A stretch of 16,905 nt of DNA from Candidatus Iainarchaeum sp. Lineage in GTDB: Archaea > Iainarchaeota > Iainarchaeia > Iainarchaeales > DTGL01. Position numbers and translations under genes: made by a program. The notes under the pieces are model-generated. The model ran no database searches. It was not told the DNA's origin and worked only from the letters and a program-made list of their open reading frames with translations. Each line of letters opens with the position of its first letter. Position 1 is the stretch's first letter. This document shows, one piece after another, positions 14,501 to 16,905 of this stretch. Location: positions 1-16,905 of the forward strand of contig JAVYME010000025.1 of the NCBI GenBank assembly GCA_038736825.1, in the 5' to 3' direction.

Positions 14501-16675
14501 ACACTCGACATTGTCATTCCAGAAAACACTGACCGAGAAGCAGACAAAATAATAATTAACCTGAATCCCACGCTTGCAGGCACAATAATTGACTCCCTGG
14601 AATACCTTACCGGATACCCGTATGGCTGCGTTGAACAAACAATGTCAAGGTTTTTGCCGGACGTGGTTGTAGCCCAAACCCTGAAAGACTTGGGCTTAAA
14701 AAACGAAAAACTGGAAACAGAATTACCAGACATGGTGGAAAAAGGATTGCAAAAACTTTACTCAATGCAATCCTCTGACGGAGGCTGGGGCTGGTGGTAC
14801 AACGATTCATCACAACCATATATGACAGCATACGTAATGTACGGTTTAACCCTTGCAAAAAAAGCCGGTTTCAAGGTAAGAGAAACAGAATTCGAAAAAG
14901 GACTAAAAGCCCTCAAAGAAAAATTCCCAAACGCAACATACTCTCACTATTATTACACTGAAAACTCTTACAAAACAGAAAAAGACCGCGAACTCCAAGC
15001 ATTCATTTCCTACGTTTTATACTTGAACGGCGATACAAGGTTCGTGAAAGAAGTGAAAGACTCCAAAAACGAGTTAAGCGATTACGGAAAAGCCCTGCTG
15101 TTATTGCAATTGGACTCAAAAGAAGAAGCAACACCAATACTAGAAGAACTATCCAAAAGCGCTTCCTGTGATCCAGTGTTCTGTTCCTGGAAAGGCAAAA
15201 CCTGGCGCGCTTACTGGAGCGAAAAAGACATGGAAACAACCGCAATGGTTCTAAAAGCACTCGTGAAATGGACACCTGAAAACGAAAAAACAAGAAAGGC
15301 AATAAACTGGCTTTTAAGCAAAAAACAATACAATAGATGGCGATCCACCCAGGACACAGCAACAACAGTAATGGCACTGGCTGACTTCCTGAAATACTCA
15401 GGAGAACTCGAACCAAATTACACTGCAAAGCTTTACATAAACAATGAATTGAAAAAAGAATTCTCTGTCACCAAAGAAAACCTTTTCAATGCAATCGAAA
15501 AAACAGAAATAAAAATGCCTGAAAAACAAACCCAAGTGCGCATTGAAGTAGAAGGAAAAGGCAAACTCTATTACTCCATAACAAAAGAATACTTTTCAAA
15601 ACAAGAAAAGATTCCAGCAAAAAGCAATGGCATTACAATAAAAAGAACAATGGAAAACACAATCAAAACCGGACAGGAAACAAAAATAACACTATCCATT
15701 ACAGCAGACAGAGAATACGATTACGTGGTAATAGAGGACTTTTTGCCAGCAGGAACAATAGCAGTCGACTCAAGGCAAAGAAACAATTATGGATACTATT
15801 ACTGGGACTGGCATCCATACTGGTACTCTCAAATAGAATTCAGAGACCAAAAAACAGTGTTCTTCTTCAACTACCTCAAACAAGGCACAACAGAAGTAAC
15901 CTACACCATAAGAGGAGAAGTGCCAGGCACCTACCAGCACTTGCCAGCACAAGCCCACGCAATGTACAATCCAGAAATAAACGGTTACTCTGAAGGAAAC
16001 ACCTTCACAATAACAACAGAAAAAGCCTTTTCACTGCCAAAAATAGAAGTGCACCCGCACTACATCTGGATTTACCCGCACCCCATACCATTAAAAGAAA
16101 CAATCAAAACAACAATACTGGACTCAACAGGAAAAGAAATAATAACAACAACAACACAACCACAAAACGGAAAAATTGAAGTGCCGCTCCCAAAAGAACT
16201 CGCAAACGGAACCTATTCAGTGAAAGTGTCAACAGAAAACACAAAAACAACAAAAGAATTCCAAGTCGGAAAAGTGGAAATAAAAAAAGCAGACCTTTCC
16301 AGCACAAACTACTTCAACGACTTGCTGGAAAGAACAATCCAGCCAAAAACCGCAAACCCAGCGCAAACCTTTTGCACCAACACCGGCGGCACATGGAACA
16401 ACGGAAAATGCAATTGCCCGAAAGGAAAAAACTGGTTGTTCGGAATAGGCTGCATTGCAAGCGAAACAATCCAAACACCCATTCCGCCACTCCCGCCAAA
16501 ACCAGTGGAAATAAACACTGCATTGCTGGCACTAACCGCAATACTCATATGCTACATAATCCTGGCCTTTGTTTTCTTCATGAAATCAAAGCCTGTGACA
16601 CAAGAAAAAACAACAACAGAAAAAACACAGCAAAAAACAGCAAAAGAATCGCGGTGGAAATTCAAAGAAAAATAA
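11555..16675 (+). CDS. Alpha-2-macroglobulin family protein with intact thioester motif, N-terminal signal peptide and C-terminal TM anchor
   Basis: GGGTGAT (11545-11551) is followed by ATG 11555, giving MKKMLWFFVFGLFFGQVFA/QA. A2M hallmarks are FTDRPIYRPNQRVFFKG, FQVQEYRKPEFEVKV, RKTFADTAYWNAFLKTDSQGIAELEVPLPDNLTTWRATAIA and the thioester site GYPYGCVEQTMSRFLPD (CVEQ at 14627-14638). Further hallmarks are the TED-like SSDGGWGWWYN...YMTAYVMYGL and the C-terminal EFRDQKTVFFFNYL...AHAMYNPE. The TM helix INTALLALTAILICYIILAFVFFM (16511-16582) is followed by a Lys-rich tail. Confidence 0.92.
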   Translation: MKKMLWFFVFGLFFGQVFAQAVVEAPAVNIVGSSGGYYPYNRYFYISINEKFLLGDRVEAQVCGSGIATLEVYRFEDLSVLIKRMSAYSSSQPEELLKNEKPLKVVTVQLGMGEECKKADLQISQGGLYFVKGYSTESEQKPTAFFSVEEIALMVKSGKQKKVFFAVDAKSGKPLSGVEIFLIEAKNSWFEEKPEIIEKSIGFTNNTGLLEWQSEKPKQNYSLQMFIAKKGSSLAFVTDYTYWYEQEQKALYLFTDRPIYRPNQRVFFKGILWNTGIQKSAVEGEKIEIKIRDSKYAEVFRETYTTGALGSFEGSFLLGEEPPLGYYYVEARKGEQYLGSASFQVQEYRKPEFEVKVNPSKEVFVGGERARVEIKAEYFFKAPVQNAKTMYRVYSSYYQSPCYGYWRCAYYELQETGYYDSYYPPYYYGRNLIIESETITDSEGKAFIEFDTNADREKRYYIEATVVDESNRQVNGSGQIIVAPALFRLTVMPDKWWYAENEKARITVSLNDFEGNPVNAEASVKIFKLNWNIDLKKYDQTIVKQETLVANEGKAEFFAVLPAGEYLIEATAVDAKGNTVKGQNSFSVSSQAIESKIQELQASLDRDIYLAGESAIVTIKMPEAPFYALVSVEGTDLFSYETVYSEKNSLSYQVDITENHQPNAFAYITGVQGGKVFTKSLRLNVPPKEKKIDLSIQTNSQYYKPGEKAKYTIKATSQGQPIETEIAIMIVDEAIYQLAKDNKQDIFKFFFKPEYNQVTTQWNLGGYYYDYHARKTLGGEGPMPTPSAPPIMEEAQKVSGEKQYAQAEVRKTFADTAYWNAFLKTDSQGIAELEVPLPDNLTTWRATAIANSKTKAGASENKIAVTKNLIARLIMPKFAVKGDEFTVKAIVHNSLPEMKTALVKIEADNLEFPEGNEMEITIATGKSETAEFKAIAKKCCSAKIKLQALTDTESDALEITIPVLPWGVKEFETISGEAGQKTTLDIVIPENTDREADKIIINLNPTLAGTIIDSLEYLTGYPYGCVEQTMSRFLPDVVVAQTLKDLGLKNEKLETELPDMVEKGLQKLYSMQSSDGGWGWWYNDSSQPYMTAYVMYGLTLAKKAGFKVRETEFEKGLKALKEKFPNATYSHYYYTENSYKTEKDRELQAFISYVLYLNGDTRFVKEVKDSKNELSDYGKALLLLQLDSKEEATPILEELSKSASCDPVFCSWKGKTWRAYWSEKDMETTAMVLKALVKWTPENEKTRKAINWLLSKKQYNRWRSTQDTATTVMALADFLKYSGELEPNYTAKLYINNELKKEFSVTKENLFNAIEKTEIKMPEKQTQVRIEVEGKGKLYYSITKEYFSKQEKIPAKSNGITIKRTMENTIKTGQETKITLSITADREYDYVVIEDFLPAGTIAVDSRQRNNYGYYYWDWHPYWYSQIEFRDQKTVFFFNYLKQGTTEVTYTIRGEVPGTYQHLPAQAHAMYNPEINGYSEGNTFTITTEKAFSLPKIEVHPHYIWIYPHPIPLKETIKTTILDSTGKEIITTTTQPQNGKIEVPLPKELANGTYSVKVSTENTKTTKEFQVGKVEIKKADLSSTNYFNDLLERTIQPKTANPAQTFCTNTGGTWNNGKCNCPKGKNWLFGIGCIASETIQTPIPPLPPKPVEINTALLALTAILICYIILAFVFFMKSKPVTQEKTTTEKTQQKTAKESRWKFKEK

Positions 16676-16715
16676 AGCAAGAGCCTTTAAAAAAGCATTA
16701 CAAGTAAATCCAGTA

Positions 16716-16905
16716 ATGGACAAGGGAAACCTTTACCTTACAGGCTGTGCCTTGCTGTACTCATTGCAGCCAATATTCGTAAAAACATCAATACCGCAAC
16801 TGCCAGCACTGCAATACTATGCATTCCGGTGCCTTGGAATGCTCTTGATATTCTTGCCCATAATAGCGCACTACAAAAACAAAATAGTGAAAGAAGCAAA
16901 ACAAT
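16716..16905 (+). CDS. EamA/DMT-superfamily-like transporter, N-terminal 63 codons only (runs off the right edge)
   Basis: ATG 16716 opens a frame reading MDKGNLYLTGCALLYSLQPIFVKTSIPQLPALQYYAFRCLGMLLIFLPIIAHYKNKIVKEAKQ, which stays open to the window end. The layout is TM1, a short loop, then the conserved Arg in TM2 (AFRCLGMLL), as in EamA domains. It is absent from the ORF track because it is partial. Confidence 0.5.
   Translation, partial: MDKGNLYLTGCALLYSLQPIFVKTSIPQLPALQYYAFRCLGMLLIFLPIIAHYKNKIVKEAKQ

Noticed and set aside
14005-14733. 242-aa minus-strand ORF, plus other 60-165-aa ORFs inside or antisense to the A2M, mgtA and 1089..2351 genes (for example 1213..1710, 2014..2373, 6101..6514, 13949..14395)
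   Set aside because: All are fully embedded in strongly supported genes and have low-complexity translations without recognisable motifs. They are shadow ORFs.

Overview
This is a compact, low-GC prokaryotic window with long poly-A/poly-T intergenic tracts. Several signals suggest an archaeon, possibly a small-genome DPANN-like lineage, but that is inference only. They are TATA-like boxes 25-38 nt upstream of start codons, oligo-T tracts just after stops and after the tRNA, GGTGA-type SD motifs, and a type-II tRNA-Leu(GAG) with a GCGGGG acceptor stem and no encoded CCA. I support 12 protein genes (11 firm, 1 candidate) and 1 tRNA. In order they are: (1) a secreted Cys-rich/Fn3-like protein running off the left edge, absent from the ORF track; (2) a divergent secreted Cys-rich protein with a 146-aa Thr/Ser/Tyr tail; (3) an HtpX-type M48 protease; (4) a HEAT-repeat array fused to a pol-beta nucleotidyltransferase; (5) an MgtA-type P-type ATPase; (6) a small 3-TM protein; (7) a candidate Zn-ribbon ORF without a canonical start, absent from the ORF track; (8) a GIDE-like membrane protein; (9) tRNA-Leu; (10, 11) a PPC(DUF296)-HIT gene pair; (12) a 1706-aa thioester-containing alpha-2-macroglobulin homologue; (13) the start of an EamA-like transporter. 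No CRISPR array, transposase or integrase was seen. The window is dominated by extracytoplasmic and envelope proteins. The most unusual items are the alpha-2-macroglobulin with a C-terminal TM anchor instead of a lipobox, the HEAT-NTase fusion, the GIDE-like protein, and the repeat and low-complexity features of the two secreted Cys-rich proteins. All functional calls come from motifs read by eye; no database search was possible.
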